The notes under the pieces are model-generated. The model saw only the letters and a program-made list of their open reading frames with translations. It was not told the origin of the DNA and searched no databases. This document shows positions 34,254 to 44,051 of a stretch of 64,000 bases of DNA, piece after piece (position 1 is the stretch's first letter; every line of letters starts with the position of its first letter). A program made the position numbers and the translations under genes. The stretch is from a virus (taxonomy: Duplodnaviria > Caudoviricetes). The DNA is taken from the IMG/VR virus record IMGVR_UViG_3300027914_001163, positions 96,001 to 160,000 of that record; one strand, written 5' to 3'.

Positions 34254-35966
34254 TTAATCGTACCATGCTTCTATATTTACCGGACGATCAAGAAAAGAAG
34301 TAAGATAAATTCGAATATCTTCAATCTTGTCCTTCGGCAGTTTGATCTTGATTACCGGCTCCAGATAGGTTGAATGTAAAGTCGTGCTCGGAAAGGCATC
34401 GTCCGTATTGATATGATAATCAGCTTTTAAATGTTCGAGCACTTCCTCCAGGTCTTTATCACATTTTTCCTGGGCGTATTGATACCATTGCTCGTCCATC
34501 TTAATAAATGTTCTGCGCCATTTAATCTCATACATCTCCAATCGTGAAGGTGTTGCGTGGACTGCTTCGAGAAAACCTTTTTTCTTTAGTTCTCTGGTAC
34601 GGTTAAACCAAGTAAGCAATTGAGTTTGGTCAGTGTAATAATTTCTTATCACCATATCAATATCTGGAATGCCCAATAACTTTTCGATTTTCTTGCCAAC
34701 CAATATTCCAATACGCTCTGGATTATCTTGATATTGCTTTGATGGACTCGTTTTAAACAACACCACCAAATAATCTTTCATATGTTCATAGTCATAATCA
34801 ATGACCTTGACGTTGTTCTGTTCCAACGTTTTAATTATTGTTTCGGTTATCTTCTTTCTTTTTTTCGCATCAGGTTCATGCCAGTGAGTGTAATAGAGAT
34901 TCGCTTTCTCAGGCGCAGGAACAGAATGAACCGCTTCATTGTATCGTTTATCCTGTTGTTCCTTCAGTTGTTTCTTCTTATGATAATCGTAGTATTCCTG
35001 GACTGCGTGAACGTTGACGTGTATCTTAAACGAGTTAATGGTAAATGAATAGAATGCTTTCTCCACGGCGGCAGTAATATCTTTCACCTTCTGTTCAGGA
35101 GCCTTAAACGATGTTCTCCCGACTTCTTTCCATAGACCCCCAATCCTCTCGGTACTTTCTTCTGTTTGAATATCTTTAGCATCTTGGCGTTTCAATATGA
35201 ACTCCAGGCGTTCCTTGACTCGTTTATTGCTTTCTCTACCCATTGTTTCAAATTGAATCATCCACTTCTTTATAGACCCCGGTGCTGAGTGAACTGCTTC
35301 ATGTATGGGGATTTCTTTGATGAGTTTTGGATTTTTGAATATTCCATTCTCGTGATACAGAGATACAAGCCTCATCTTATATCCAAACTTCTTATACAAC
35401 AATTCTTCCAACTCTATGATCTTCTCTTTCGGCATTTTCAATATGGCATAGTCATAGGTTTTCTTTGGCTCCGAGAAAGAACGCTCATCCTCGAAACGTT
35501 TAACCTCGACGTTCTTACAATAATCGATTGTCTTCAGATAATTAACGACAGACTCCGGACCTATACCGCTGCCGTACCAATACTCCACATAGAAGTTTTC
35601 CAGTTTGTTGACAACCGGATGTACTGCTTCATTGATTGGAATATCGGACTCTTTCATCTTGTGAAATGCGCCAGGTCCATAAATGTCTTCCAAGGCCATG
35701 TGTGTATCGCCAAATCTTTTGTTGAGTTCTTCTTCGATTTCTTTTATCTTTGTTTCAGGGACTCGCAACACAACCAGGTCAAATCGGTACTGCGGTTTAT
35801 TCGGCACGGTAAATCTTCTCACCCGAACATCCTTGCAGTCTTTTATATTCTTGAGTTCTTTGGCTATATCATACAGGTCAAGCGCAACAGGATAATTGGT
35901 AACGATCACTCGTTTCCATACTTTATCTGAAGCCTGATGTACCGCTTCGAGAAAATTATTCAGCAT
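34254..35966 (-). CDS. five-unit putative polyprotein of internal-protein domains
   Basis: MLNNFLEAVH start plus internal INEAVH, IHEAVH, YNEAVH and FLEAVH. Confidence 0.72.
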   Translation of the reverse strand: MLNNFLEAVHQASDKVWKRVIVTNYPVALDLYDIAKELKNIKDCKDVRVRRFTVPNKPQYRFDLVVLRVPETKIKEIEEELNKRFGDTHMALEDIYGPGAFHKMKESDIPINEAVHPVVNKLENFYVEYWYGSGIGPESVVNYLKTIDYCKNVEVKRFEDERSFSEPKKTYDYAILKMPKEKIIELEELLYKKFGYKMRLVSLYHENGIFKNPKLIKEIPIHEAVHSAPGSIKKWMIQFETMGRESNKRVKERLEFILKRQDAKDIQTEESTERIGGLWKEVGRTSFKAPEQKVKDITAAVEKAFYSFTINSFKIHVNVHAVQEYYDYHKKKQLKEQQDKRYNEAVHSVPAPEKANLYYTHWHEPDAKKRKKITETIIKTLEQNNVKVIDYDYEHMKDYLVVLFKTSPSKQYQDNPERIGILVGKKIEKLLGIPDIDMVIRNYYTDQTQLLTWFNRTRELKKKGFLEAVHATPSRLEMYEIKWRRTFIKMDEQWYQYAQEKCDKDLEEVLEHLKADYHINTDDAFPSTTLHSTYLEPVIKIKLPKDKIEDIRIYLTSFLDRPVNIEAWYD

Positions 35967-36363
35967 CTTTCTTCTTCTCCGCATACCATGTTTTATTTCT
36001 CTCGTAAACCAGTTCATTGGTATAATAGTCACAGATGCCAAACCAAGTTCGCATCTCTTTAATTACTTCCATGTTAGCCAGGTAATCCCACTTCTTTCCC
36101 AAGTTGATCGTGTTCCTGATATTAACTTCAATTTGTTGAAAGATTGAAGGATGACCATTAAATACAATGATCACACTATTCTTGCCGCTATTCGCCTTTA
36201 CTGAACGTGCCTCTTCTTGAAGATTGGTTCCTCCGGCCTTCTTGATGGCTCTCTTCATAATGCCGACGATAGCATTCATATGAATATTATCATAACTGAA
36301 AAGATAATATCGCTTCTTGGTAGAGGGCGTGTTATGAATTGCTTCGAGATACACGTTAAGCAT
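35956..36363 (-). CDS. putative internal head protein (CTS-like leader)
   Basis: MLNVYLEAIH. Confidence 0.7.
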   Translation of the reverse strand: MLNVYLEAIHNTPSTKKRYYLFSYDNIHMNAIVGIMKRAIKKAGGTNLQEEARSVKANSGKNSVIIVFNGHPSIFQQIEVNIRNTINLGKKWDYLANMEVIKEMRTWFGICDYYTNELVYERNKTWYAEKKKDAE

Positions 36364-36712
36364 CTTTCTCTCCTGATTTTTCTTTTACTGATGAATGACG
36401 GCTGAATACCCAATCTTGCTTGTTGTATTTTCTATATGCTTGAAATATTACTCTTATTGGAAGAAATGTTAATAATGCTTCTCTAACTCTTTCTAAAGAA
36501 GGAGGATCAATTTTAAATGAATATATTGCTCCTCCTCTCATACTCCAACCTACATAACTTGCATTATCCTTACCGCAGATATTTTCAAGGACTTCAACAA
36601 TTTGATCATCTGTTATGTTTCCTATATGATCGGTATCTATCCAGAGTTCATACTGCTCGACAGGTTTGGGCGTTGTGTGTACCGCTTCGAGATAATGTTT
36701 AAATGTTTTCAT
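36356..36712 (-). CDS. putative internal head protein (CTS-like leader)
   Basis: MKTFKHYLEAVH. Confidence 0.7.
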   Translation of the reverse strand: MKTFKHYLEAVHTTPKPVEQYELWIDTDHIGNITDDQIVEVLENICGKDNASYVGWSMRGGAIYSFKIDPPSLERVREALLTFLPIRVIFQAYRKYNKQDWVFSRHSSVKEKSGEKDA

Positions 36713-37159
36713 TTATTTTCTTAATGCCTTACGATATTCTTTTTGATATTTGAATATTTGAGTCCAATTAACTTTATCTTTCATTTCAATAATAAAATTT
36801 TTAGACATTTGAACATTTTTTGATACGACATTCCAATCAACAAAGTCTTTAAAATCTCGAATGAAGTCTTCAGGTAAAGTATAATAGGTGCAAAAGGTAG
36901 TCCAATCCATATTGTAAACATCATATGATCTAAAAGGAATGATTTCGGGTATAGTATCTTCCGAGGATTTAAAAAATATAATTCTGCCATTATCATATGT
37001 TTTAAGAACTTTCCCACCGCTTTTACCAAGAAGTATCAGTGCTTTGTTTTTCCAATAGATGTCCTCGTTTTTATTGTTGCTACTTGATACCATAATAAAC
37101 TTTTTTGTTTTTTCTGGAACCTGGTGAACTGCCTCAAGATAATGTTTAAATGTTTTCAT
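36713..37159 (-). CDS. putative internal head protein with C-terminal Trp repeats
   Basis: MKTFKHYLEAVH; LPEDFIRDFKDFVDW repeats. Confidence 0.7.
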   Translation of the reverse strand: MKTFKHYLEAVHQVPEKTKKFIMVSSSNNKNEDIYWKNKALILLGKSGGKVLKTYDNGRIIFFKSSEDTIPEIIPFRSYDVYNMDWTTFCTYYTLPEDFIRDFKDFVDWNVVSKNVQMSKNFIIEMKDKVNWTQIFKYQKEYRKALRK

Positions 37160-37625
37160 TGTTCTTCCGTGCCAGGTCTTTAATCTTCTTATACGTTTCA
37201 GGCTTCATCTTGAGTTTGTACCGGATCATAACGTCTTCAGCAAACTGTCCCATATCAAAAAACAATTGTGAGACTTTTCCTTTAGGTTCAGGAATCAGTT
37301 GTTCACCGTTGTAGTAATCGAATATCAAGGTATAATCCATTTCAGGCACGGTCGTAATTGCATTAAACAAATTATACAATATCGACCTGGGACATTTGAT
37401 GATATACACAAAGAACCGTCCGTCACCAATTGAATATTCTTTTAATCTTCCAGAGCCGTAATGATCAGTAACTTCATACCTGAGAACTTCGGCCTTGTAT
37501 TCATCCAACTTATGCTTAACCTGTGGAATACCGGCAGCATCATGACACACACAGGAGATGACATACTTCTCCATTCTCTCTGGAGCCTGGTGTACGGCCT
37601 CAAGATAATAATCAAATGTTTTCAT
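37146..37625 (-). CDS. putative internal head protein (CTS-like leader)
   Basis: MKTFDYYLEAVH. Confidence 0.7.
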   Translation of the reverse strand: MKTFDYYLEAVHQAPERMEKYVISCVCHDAAGIPQVKHKLDEYKAEVLRYEVTDHYGSGRLKEYSIGDGRFFVYIIKCPRSILYNLFNAITTVPEMDYTLIFDYYNGEQLIPEPKGKVSQLFFDMGQFAEDVMIRYKLKMKPETYKKIKDLARKNNENI

Positions 37626-38104
37626 TAGTCAGTATCCAAATGATTATATTTATATTTAAACGACAGGGATACGTCTTGATAGCGCAGGATGTTATGCCAA
37701 TCTACTTTATCTTTAAACTTCAAGATAAACTTCTCAGACATCTTACTGTATTTTGAAACAGAAGACCAATCAACGAAATCTTTGAAATCTCGAATGAATG
37801 ATTCCGGCAGCTCCCAATCACTACAGAACTGTTTCCAATCCATTGTATATATATCATCGCAATCACCAAAAAGATAATCTTCAGGGGCGAGATTGGAAGG
37901 ACATTTAAAAAATATAATCGTTCCATTATCTGCATCTGCGCTTTTATATATCTTTAGTATTTCACTATTGGGAATTGATTTGATTTCTTGGAGAACTGAA
38001 TCTCTTGTCTCTTCTTGCAAATCAAACGCTATGGTAATATATTTTTTAAATTTATCTGCTTGTACCTTGTGGACTGCTTCGAGATAATAATTAAACGTTC
38101 GCAT
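37625..38104 (-). CDS. putative internal head protein with C-terminal Trp repeats
   Basis: MRTFNYYLEAVH (start adjusted); paralogue of 36713-37159. Confidence 0.7.
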   Translation of the reverse strand: MRTFNYYLEAVHKVQADKFKKYITIAFDLQEETRDSVLQEIKSIPNSEILKIYKSADADNGTIIFFKCPSNLAPEDYLFGDCDDIYTMDWKQFCSDWELPESFIRDFKDFVDWSSVSKYSKMSEKFILKFKDKVDWHNILRYQDVSLSFKYKYNHLDTD

Positions 38105-38879
38105 TATATATTTCTCCATTATCATACAAACGATATACCGTATTATGAGTTCTGTCGTTTACTATATCAATAAATACGCCAGAAGAACGTTGCTCTTTGT
38201 CTTTTATTATTTGTTTAAGGAGATAATAAACTTTTTTATCAGACGTTTTGAGTCGTATTCTTGTTTGCATTCCTTGTTGTGATTCCTCTGTTATTTCAAT
38301 ATTGGAATGTTTTATGATTTGAATAATATGAGAGATAATATTTTCCAAATGATACTTAGCGACTACAGAACTATTGAAATAAACTTTTAAAAGATATTCT
38401 CTTTTCTGTTCCGGCTCAGTATGCACGGCCTCCAGGAAGATGTCAGGAATCTCTTCATCGGCCACCAGTTTCTTTGTATGAACCAATGTCACCGGCACTG
38501 CGCTGATAATGTCCGAAGGTTCAACTGTTCCAACCTTTTTATACCATACGCCCTTGTTGCCAGCTTGAGACAATGGATCGTTTGTATCAACGACCCATTT
38601 GCCAGTCTTCTTGAATTTGATTATTGAAATCTTTCCGCTGCCGACTTCCTGGTTAAGACTCCAATCCATTCGAGCTGCCCACTGGATTGCATCTCGTTGG
38701 TGTTCGAATGCGTAAATCTCTCCCTTGCCGTAGCGTGTGAAATCTCCCTTAACCCAATTACTTGTCTGCATCATGACCAAGCCCTTCTTCTTGATCTTTG
38801 GAACATTGGAAGTTTTGGTTACATGATACAGATATTGTTCCTTGCCTTTAACGGCAGCTTCAAGATAATATTTAAGCAT
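38091..38879 (-). CDS. two-unit putative internal protein; N-terminal unit ADP-ribosyltransferase-like
   Basis: MLKYYLEA; LYHVTKTSNVPKIKKKGL; internal IFLEAVH. Confidence 0.6.
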   Translation of the reverse strand: MLKYYLEAAVKGKEQYLYHVTKTSNVPKIKKKGLVMMQTSNWVKGDFTRYGKGEIYAFEHQRDAIQWAARMDWSLNQEVGSGKISIIKFKKTGKWVVDTNDPLSQAGNKGVWYKKVGTVEPSDIISAVPVTLVHTKKLVADEEIPDIFLEAVHTEPEQKREYLLKVYFNSSVVAKYHLENIISHIIQIIKHSNIEITEESQQGMQTRIRLKTSDKKVYYLLKQIIKDKEQRSSGVFIDIVNDRTHNTVYRLYDNGEIYNANV

Positions 38880-38880
38880 C

Positions 38881-39309
38881 TTAAAAATATCCTAACACGT
38901 TCAATATGCAAAGGAGTTCGACGTATCCTTTTTCTTTTATTATATTAACAACTTCTTCAGGAATGTTCTCAATTTCTCTGTAGTAAAGAAAGACAAAGAG
39001 ATTATACATATAGACTATGATCATCTCTTTGTCCATCGGGGTCTCACCATCGAGAAAGTTTTGAGACACTTTCCAATTTATATTCTGCACGTACTCATCA
39101 TGTTGATTCATAAGCCATTCAGCAAACTCTTGGGGCGTTGCAGTCTGGAGCCATTTCTTTTCTGCTTTGATGGCTTCCATAGTTTTCTCCATCTCTGTCT
39201 TTCGTTTGCGCTCTTTCTCCAATAACTCAGGGGGAATCTTTTGAATTTCATCATCGATTTGTTTGCGAACCTCCTTGAGTAATCGTTTGTTTGATTTTGG
39301 TCTCTGCAT
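38881..39309 (-). CDS. hypothetical protein
   Basis: 142-aa ORF. Confidence 0.65.
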   Translation of the reverse strand: MQRPKSNKRLLKEVRKQIDDEIQKIPPELLEKERKRKTEMEKTMEAIKAEKKWLQTATPQEFAEWLMNQHDEYVQNINWKVSQNFLDGETPMDKEMIIVYMYNLFVFLYYREIENIPEEVVNIIKEKGYVELLCILNVLGYF

Positions 39310-39377
39310 TGGTCCCTGCCTTTAGGATATTGTGAATAGGTAAACTAATAGTTTACATTCTAAGAAAATTCTATAAT

Positions 39378-39629
39378 CTACTTCTGCAACACGATTGACT
39401 GCACATCACCCAGGCTGATCTCCGTCTCAGAATTCTCTTGGCGTATCACTATCGCCTTCTTGCCAATCAACACCACGGACTGCGTAACCGGAATAACATC
39501 ACCGGTCTTCAACACTATCGTTCCGTTCATTGAGTACGTCTTCATGCAGCTCCAGGCCATCAACGCAACTGCCACGCACACAACGACCACGGCCACCCCT
39601 CCCAACTTCAGTTTCGTTACAAACTTCAT
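39378..39629 (-). CDS. hypothetical membrane-anchored protein
   Basis: GGAGG RBS, N-terminal TM segment. Confidence 0.65.
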   Translation of the reverse strand: MKFVTKLKLGGVAVVVVCVAVALMAWSCMKTYSMNGTIVLKTGDVIPVTQSVVLIGKKAIVIRQENSETEISLGDVQSIVLQK

Positions 39630-40110
39630 CGAATGTTTCCTCCTTCAAATCTTTAAACATGTGAAATGATAAGTCATGATCGCCATAGTAACCGTACAAT
39701 ACTTCATCCACTTCGAATCCGACACTCAGGTATAGTTTGAATGCGTGAACGTTTCGACATGCTACATTTAGAGTTATTTGTTTAAATTTTTTTTCCTGGT
39801 AATATTTCAGAACATATTCCAATACCGCACGTCCGAATCCTTGGGACCTTCGAGCCGGTTGAATGCCGAGATTGATCAAGTCTATACTGCGTTTGAATCT
39901 GTGAATGCCGTAATATGCGATGAGTTGTCTGTACCGGTTCAGGATTACAAAGTGCGAATGTTTCTTGAGTTCGATGGTGAAAAGCCTTCTGGTATAGGTC
40001 AAATTTTCAGGAAAGGAACGTTTTTCGATTGACAGGATTTCAGGCATGTGTTTGTATTGACACAGTTCGATAGAGTAAATTTGGCCTTTATGCAGTAGTT
40101 CTCCGATCAT
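39499..40110 (-). CDS. GNAT acetyltransferase (RimI-like)
   Basis: NLGIQPARRSQGFGRAVL, LNV..N..A..LY..VGF...YY. Confidence 0.82.
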   Translation of the reverse strand: MIGELLHKGQIYSIELCQYKHMPEILSIEKRSFPENLTYTRRLFTIELKKHSHFVILNRYRQLIAYYGIHRFKRSIDLINLGIQPARRSQGFGRAVLEYVLKYYQEKKFKQITLNVACRNVHAFKLYLSVGFEVDEVLYGYYGDHDLSFHMFKDLKEETFDEVCNETEVGRGGRGRCVRGSCVDGLELHEDVLNERNDSVEDR

Positions 40111-40223
40111 ATAGATATATTCATGTTCGGAGAGAAATCGTCAGCGCATTTACTTACTGTGGAGAAAACAAATCTCGAAATCTGGCAATAGTCAGATACA
40201 ACAATTATCGGAGGAAGTCGAAT

Positions 40224-40403
40224 ATGACGATTTCAAAACAAATGCAGAAACAGATTGTAAATCTGTACAAAGGAACAAAAACGTCCAAAGGCATGAGGAA
40301 CGCACGGAAGATCGCTCAAACTCTCAATCTGCCACGGCGCAAAGTCATGGCATATCTGACCGAGCAAAAGATCGCCAGGTACTCGTCAGGATCGTTTCTG
40401 TAA
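40224..40403 (+). CDS. small basic protein, possibly HTH (59 aa, below the ORF-track cut-off)
   Basis: GGAGG RBS; MTISKQMQKQIVNLY...ARKIAQTLNLPRRKV. Confidence 0.6.
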   Translation: MTISKQMQKQIVNLYKGTKTSKGMRNARKIAQTLNLPRRKVMAYLTEQKIARYSSGSFL

Positions 40404-40498
40404 CAGCCAAATTCTCCAACATACCAAAGGAAAAGCCGACCATAAAACAGTTGGCTTTTTTGCAATTTTTTATTATTTTATATATAAGGTCAACCAGA

Positions 40499-40705
40499 AT
40501 GAAACTCCCGAAACTTACCAAACGCCGTAAAGGAATGATCATATCGCTTTTGGTCTTTGCGATCGGACCACTCTTTCTGATTCCAATGAAGATATGGCCT
40601 GGTGTGACAATATCCATGATCGGTTGGGGAGTAGCGTTGATCTTTGAGACTGCCGGTTCTCTGTTTTTTGTTACTTATCTTAATCAAAAGGAGACTGAAC
40701 TATGA
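40499..40705 (+). CDS. small membrane protein
   Basis: Two TM segments. Confidence 0.55.
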   Translation: MKLPKLTKRRKGMIISLLVFAIGPLFLIPMKIWPGVTISMIGWGVALIFETAGSLFFVTYLNQKETEL

Positions 40706-41043
40706 AGTGTTCAGACGTTAACGTGAAGTGCGAATACAAAGAAGATCGTATCGACACTTGCCATCATCAAACCTGTATCAGAGAGTTCCGAGACAAAGCT
40801 GCACGGAATGCCCTGATCGGATTGCTTACAACCTATCCACTGGTGAATGACTTCGATACCATGTCTGAAGGAAGCATGATGAACCGTATCAATGAAGTCG
40901 GGTGGAAGGCTCCAATGGACATCCACTACCAACCAGACCAGAGCGTACCGGCAGTCAAAATGTCCTATGCCTTCAACCTTGCACTGGACGCATACGCAAT
41001 TGCCGATGCTATGGTAGAGGTTAAACTGGCAACTGAGAAGTAA
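40702..41043 (+). CDS. hypothetical phage protein
   Basis: RDKAA..AL.GLL...AYAIADAM. Confidence 0.7.
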   Translation: MKCSDVNVKCEYKEDRIDTCHHQTCIREFRDKAARNALIGLLTTYPLVNDFDTMSEGSMMNRINEVGWKAPMDIHYQPDQSVPAVKMSYAFNLALDAYAIADAMVEVKLATEK

Positions 41044-41119
41044 ATAATAAGGGTATAGCCTTATTTTTCTATAGGATTATAAGGTTATACCCTAACTTTT
41101 TTATCACGGAGGTATTATC

Positions 41120-41542
41120 ATGCAATGCAAAGTAAATCTTAAAACTGATCCCATCTCCCTCATCGTAATCGCAGCGGACGGCAATGAACATATGCTGTTG
41201 GATGCGTGTGGCGATGGCAGTACAATCCAAGTGGTGTTGGAATCGAAGACTCCCTTCCACGTCCTGACTCTTCAACGATTCGAATCAATGGCGCACGGAG
41301 AGATCATCGCACGAGGACTTACCATAGATGATTGTGATAGGGGAATTGGCGTAGCGAATACCGGACATCAGATACGATGGTTGGCGGTGAAAGGCGGAGG
41401 AAACGATTGGGCTATCTACTATGGTCTGTCGTATCTGGATGAGGATAACATACGCCGGACAGGAGACAAACTGTACAACAAGGATAACATTCGTAAGTGC
41501 GTACCATGCGAAGATGAAGTATTTAAACTGTACCGGTACTGA
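41120..41542 (+). CDS. hypothetical phage protein
   Basis: GGAGG RBS; RWLAVKGGGNDWAIY...GDK..YRY. Confidence 0.75.
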   Translation: MQCKVNLKTDPISLIVIAADGNEHMLLDACGDGSTIQVVLESKTPFHVLTLQRFESMAHGEIIARGLTIDDCDRGIGVANTGHQIRWLAVKGGGNDWAIYYGLSYLDEDNIRRTGDKLYNKDNIRKCVPCEDEVFKLYRY

Positions 41543-41697
41543 GCCATGTCATATCATAAACCAATGGATAGTTCTTTTGAATCGTGGTATAAAAAATGTT
41601 TCCAAAAGCCTACACGAGACAAGGACGGAAATTATCTGCCGCCTTATGTTCACTGGCTCGAAGAACAACTCTCTCAATCGTTAAGGCATGATGACTA

Positions 41698-41901
41698 ATG
41701 AACTATGATAGATTCAACAGCAATGAAGACTTTGAATTTTCTCGTATTGAATACAATGAAGGGATGAGTGCGAGAAGGCACGGTCGGAAGATACTCCACA
41801 ATCCGTATAAAGCAGGAACAACGGATTTTAAAGCGTGGGCTGCGGGATGGGCGGATGCAGACATGAAAATTTTAAATAAGGATATGTTATATGACCGATG
41901 A
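41698..41901 (+). CDS. Rmf/CrpP-fold small protein
   Basis: EG..A...G.....NPY......AW..GW pattern. Confidence 0.6.
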   Translation: MNYDRFNSNEDFEFSRIEYNEGMSARRHGRKILHNPYKAGTTDFKAWAAGWADADMKILNKDMLYDR

Positions 41902-42346
41902 TGAAATAGAACAACTGGCGATACTAAAATCAGATCGTGACAGATTAAAACATACGTTATCAAATGTAAAAGAGATAGACCGGAAGTATGGTGAGTCTTT
42001 TAATTATCAAGGACTCAAAGAGTTCATACATCCGAGAGTATATCTTAGACGAAAAGTAAAAGAGATGTTGGTTGATGCGTCGAGCGGTTGTAGTGCAGTG
42101 TTCGAATTAAAAACTGACGACTACCGCAACGATATTGTGAAAGAACGCATACGCCGAATCGAAGAAGAAGTCTTCACATACCTTGGCCAGAAGTTGTACG
42201 AGTTCATGGCCGAGATGACTGAAGCCCTGGAGAATTACAAGGGTGAGAAGGTCGAGGCGTATATCAAGGAAACAATCAAGAAGCGTTCTGACCCAACACC
42301 GAAACTTGGATTTCATCGAGAGGGAGAAGATTATGACGACGAATAA
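41891..42346 (+). CDS. hypothetical protein
   Basis: 151-aa ORF, AAGGA RBS. Confidence 0.65.
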   Translation: MTDDEIEQLAILKSDRDRLKHTLSNVKEIDRKYGESFNYQGLKEFIHPRVYLRRKVKEMLVDASSGCSAVFELKTDDYRNDIVKERIRRIEEEVFTYLGQKLYEFMAEMTEALENYKGEKVEAYIKETIKKRSDPTPKLGFHREGEDYDDE

Positions 42347-42548
42347 ATCAGACACCAGTGTCCATAAAGTAATGAGCCATATTGAAGGAACTGTGTATAC
42401 CAAGCCGATAACCTTAGAACGATTAAAAGATTCAATAGCCTTATGCGTTTTTCTAACCAGAGATGATGAACTATCTTTTGAGATTCGGAAAGCGGCATTA
42501 GAATCTGTGACAGCATTGCAAAAACTTGAAATAGAGTTAGCAAAATGA
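42333..42548 (+). CDS. hypothetical protein
   Basis: GGAG RBS, start MTTNK. Confidence 0.55.
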   Translation: MTTNKSDTSVHKVMSHIEGTVYTKPITLERLKDSIALCVFLTRDDELSFEIRKAALESVTALQKLEIELAK

Positions 42549-42940
42549 CTTTTCCCATAAACAACATGACAGCCAATATTCTGCATGACACCATTGAACG
42601 ATCAAGGAGAGAAGAAAAAAAAATGACTATACCAGAACATAATCTTCCAATGCGTGAAAGACCTATTATTGAACCAAAAAAACGAAAGAAAGAAGAATGG
42701 CCGATGGACAGCAGTAACCAAGGTGTAGGATATAAATGTCACTGCGACAAAATATATTACACCAAAAAAGATCGCACGGACTGCATCAAGCGCAACCATC
42801 TTCCCAAGTATAATCTGGCAGCGGTCAAGGAACTGATCGACTATTACGACAAGTATCATGAGGAATGGGAAATCTCGATGTGTCCTGGAGATTACACTGA
42901 TCTCTCCATTCTCATAAAAAGAATACGTGGAGATCAATAA
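42545..42940 (+). CDS. hypothetical protein
   Basis: Coupled ORF. Confidence 0.6.
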   Translation: MTFPINNMTANILHDTIERSRREEKKMTIPEHNLPMRERPIIEPKKRKKEEWPMDSSNQGVGYKCHCDKIYYTKKDRTDCIKRNHLPKYNLAAVKELIDYYDKYHEEWEISMCPGDYTDLSILIKRIRGDQ

Positions 42941-43254
42941 TGAAAAAGAAAGAATTGATTGACAAAATAAAACAATGGATTGAAGATAAACGTCCCGATC
43001 CAATTCAATATTATGGAAAGTATGAACAGGCAATCGATGACATGCTCGATGAACTGGAGAATATAATAAATGAATCCACAAAGAAATAAAAACAGAACCA
43101 CAACAGCCCTGGCGCACCGATGGCCTCACTACCGATGCGAACTGTGCGAGATGCCAGGAATCCACAAGGAAGATCGAACGTGTCCGAACTGCGGTGCAAC
43201 AATCGTATGGGACGGATCGACATTTATAAATAATCATATCAAGGAGTAACAGCA

Positions 43255-43542
43255 ATGATGGAATTTAAAAACACACCGGCTCCGTGGCCTATTCAACCTC
43301 ATACCCAAGTGGATAAATCCTTCATGGTCGGTCCAATTGAGATAGACTATGACGATGTAAACCACGAGGAACAGGATGCCAATGCCCTTCTGGTGTCCGG
43401 CTGTGTCGAGATGCGTGATGCGCTGATTAAAATACTTGGTGAACCACACAAAGATAAATCGAAATACTTGGATGATGTGCAAGAGATCATTGCACTTCTT
43501 GAGCGTGTGATTGGAAAACCCATAGAGGAGATCATGGCGTAA
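43255..43542 (+). CDS. hypothetical phage protein
   Basis: TPAPW...ANALL...EM motif, AAGGAG RBS. Confidence 0.7.
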   Translation: MMEFKNTPAPWPIQPHTQVDKSFMVGPIEIDYDDVNHEEQDANALLVSGCVEMRDALIKILGEPHKDKSKYLDDVQEIIALLERVIGKPIEEIMA

Positions 43543-43853
43543 TGGCTAAATGTACCAAGAAGCATATCGAAAATCCTATACCAGATAAAGAATGGCTGTG
43601 TCCGAACTGCGGAGCCGATGCAGATCATTTTTATATTGACGTGGCCGACATGGAAGATGATTGCGAGTTGAGCCACAAGGATGATGTGGCGGTTTGCATG
43701 AGATGCCAACGAGCATGGAAGTTACCGGCTTTAATAAAACTGTGGGCAAAGAAACACAACATGATTAAATGCCCACACTGCAAAGGCACAGGATGGGTAG
43801 ACCAACCAACTGATTATGTTGATCCAGAAAAGAGTGCAAAGAAATGTAGGTAG
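43542..43853 (+). CDS. Zn-finger protein
   Basis: CPNC, CMRC, CPHCKGTG. Confidence 0.65.
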   Translation: MAKCTKKHIENPIPDKEWLCPNCGADADHFYIDVADMEDDCELSHKDDVAVCMRCQRAWKLPALIKLWAKKHNMIKCPHCKGTGWVDQPTDYVDPEKSAKKCR

Positions 43854-43859
43854 TGTATC

Positions 43860-44051
43860 ATGGCTTCTAAGAGACATCTGCGCAAAAAAAGTTGCGGGTC
43901 AAAAGTGAAATATGTGACCAAGGAACAAGCAGTGTCGGCGGCAATACGATACCGAAAGAATTATCTCTCGGTGGTTACAGCGTATAAATGTAAATTCTGT
44001 CCGTACTATCACATAGGACATCAAGCATCAATGATGGGGAGATATTCATGA
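43860..44051 (+). CDS. small basic Zn-binding protein
   Basis: C..KVKY...AYKCKFC..YHIGH. Confidence 0.65.
   Translation: MASKRHLRKKSCGSKVKYVTKEQAVSAAIRYRKNYLSVVTAYKCKFCPYYHIGHQASMMGRYS

Noticed and set aside
29109-38879. Diversity-generating retroelement or second CRISPR-like array explaining the repeated 5' gene ends
   Set aside because: The repeats are protein-coding leaders with synonymous variation and irregular spacing; no reverse transcriptase or TR/VR pair seen.
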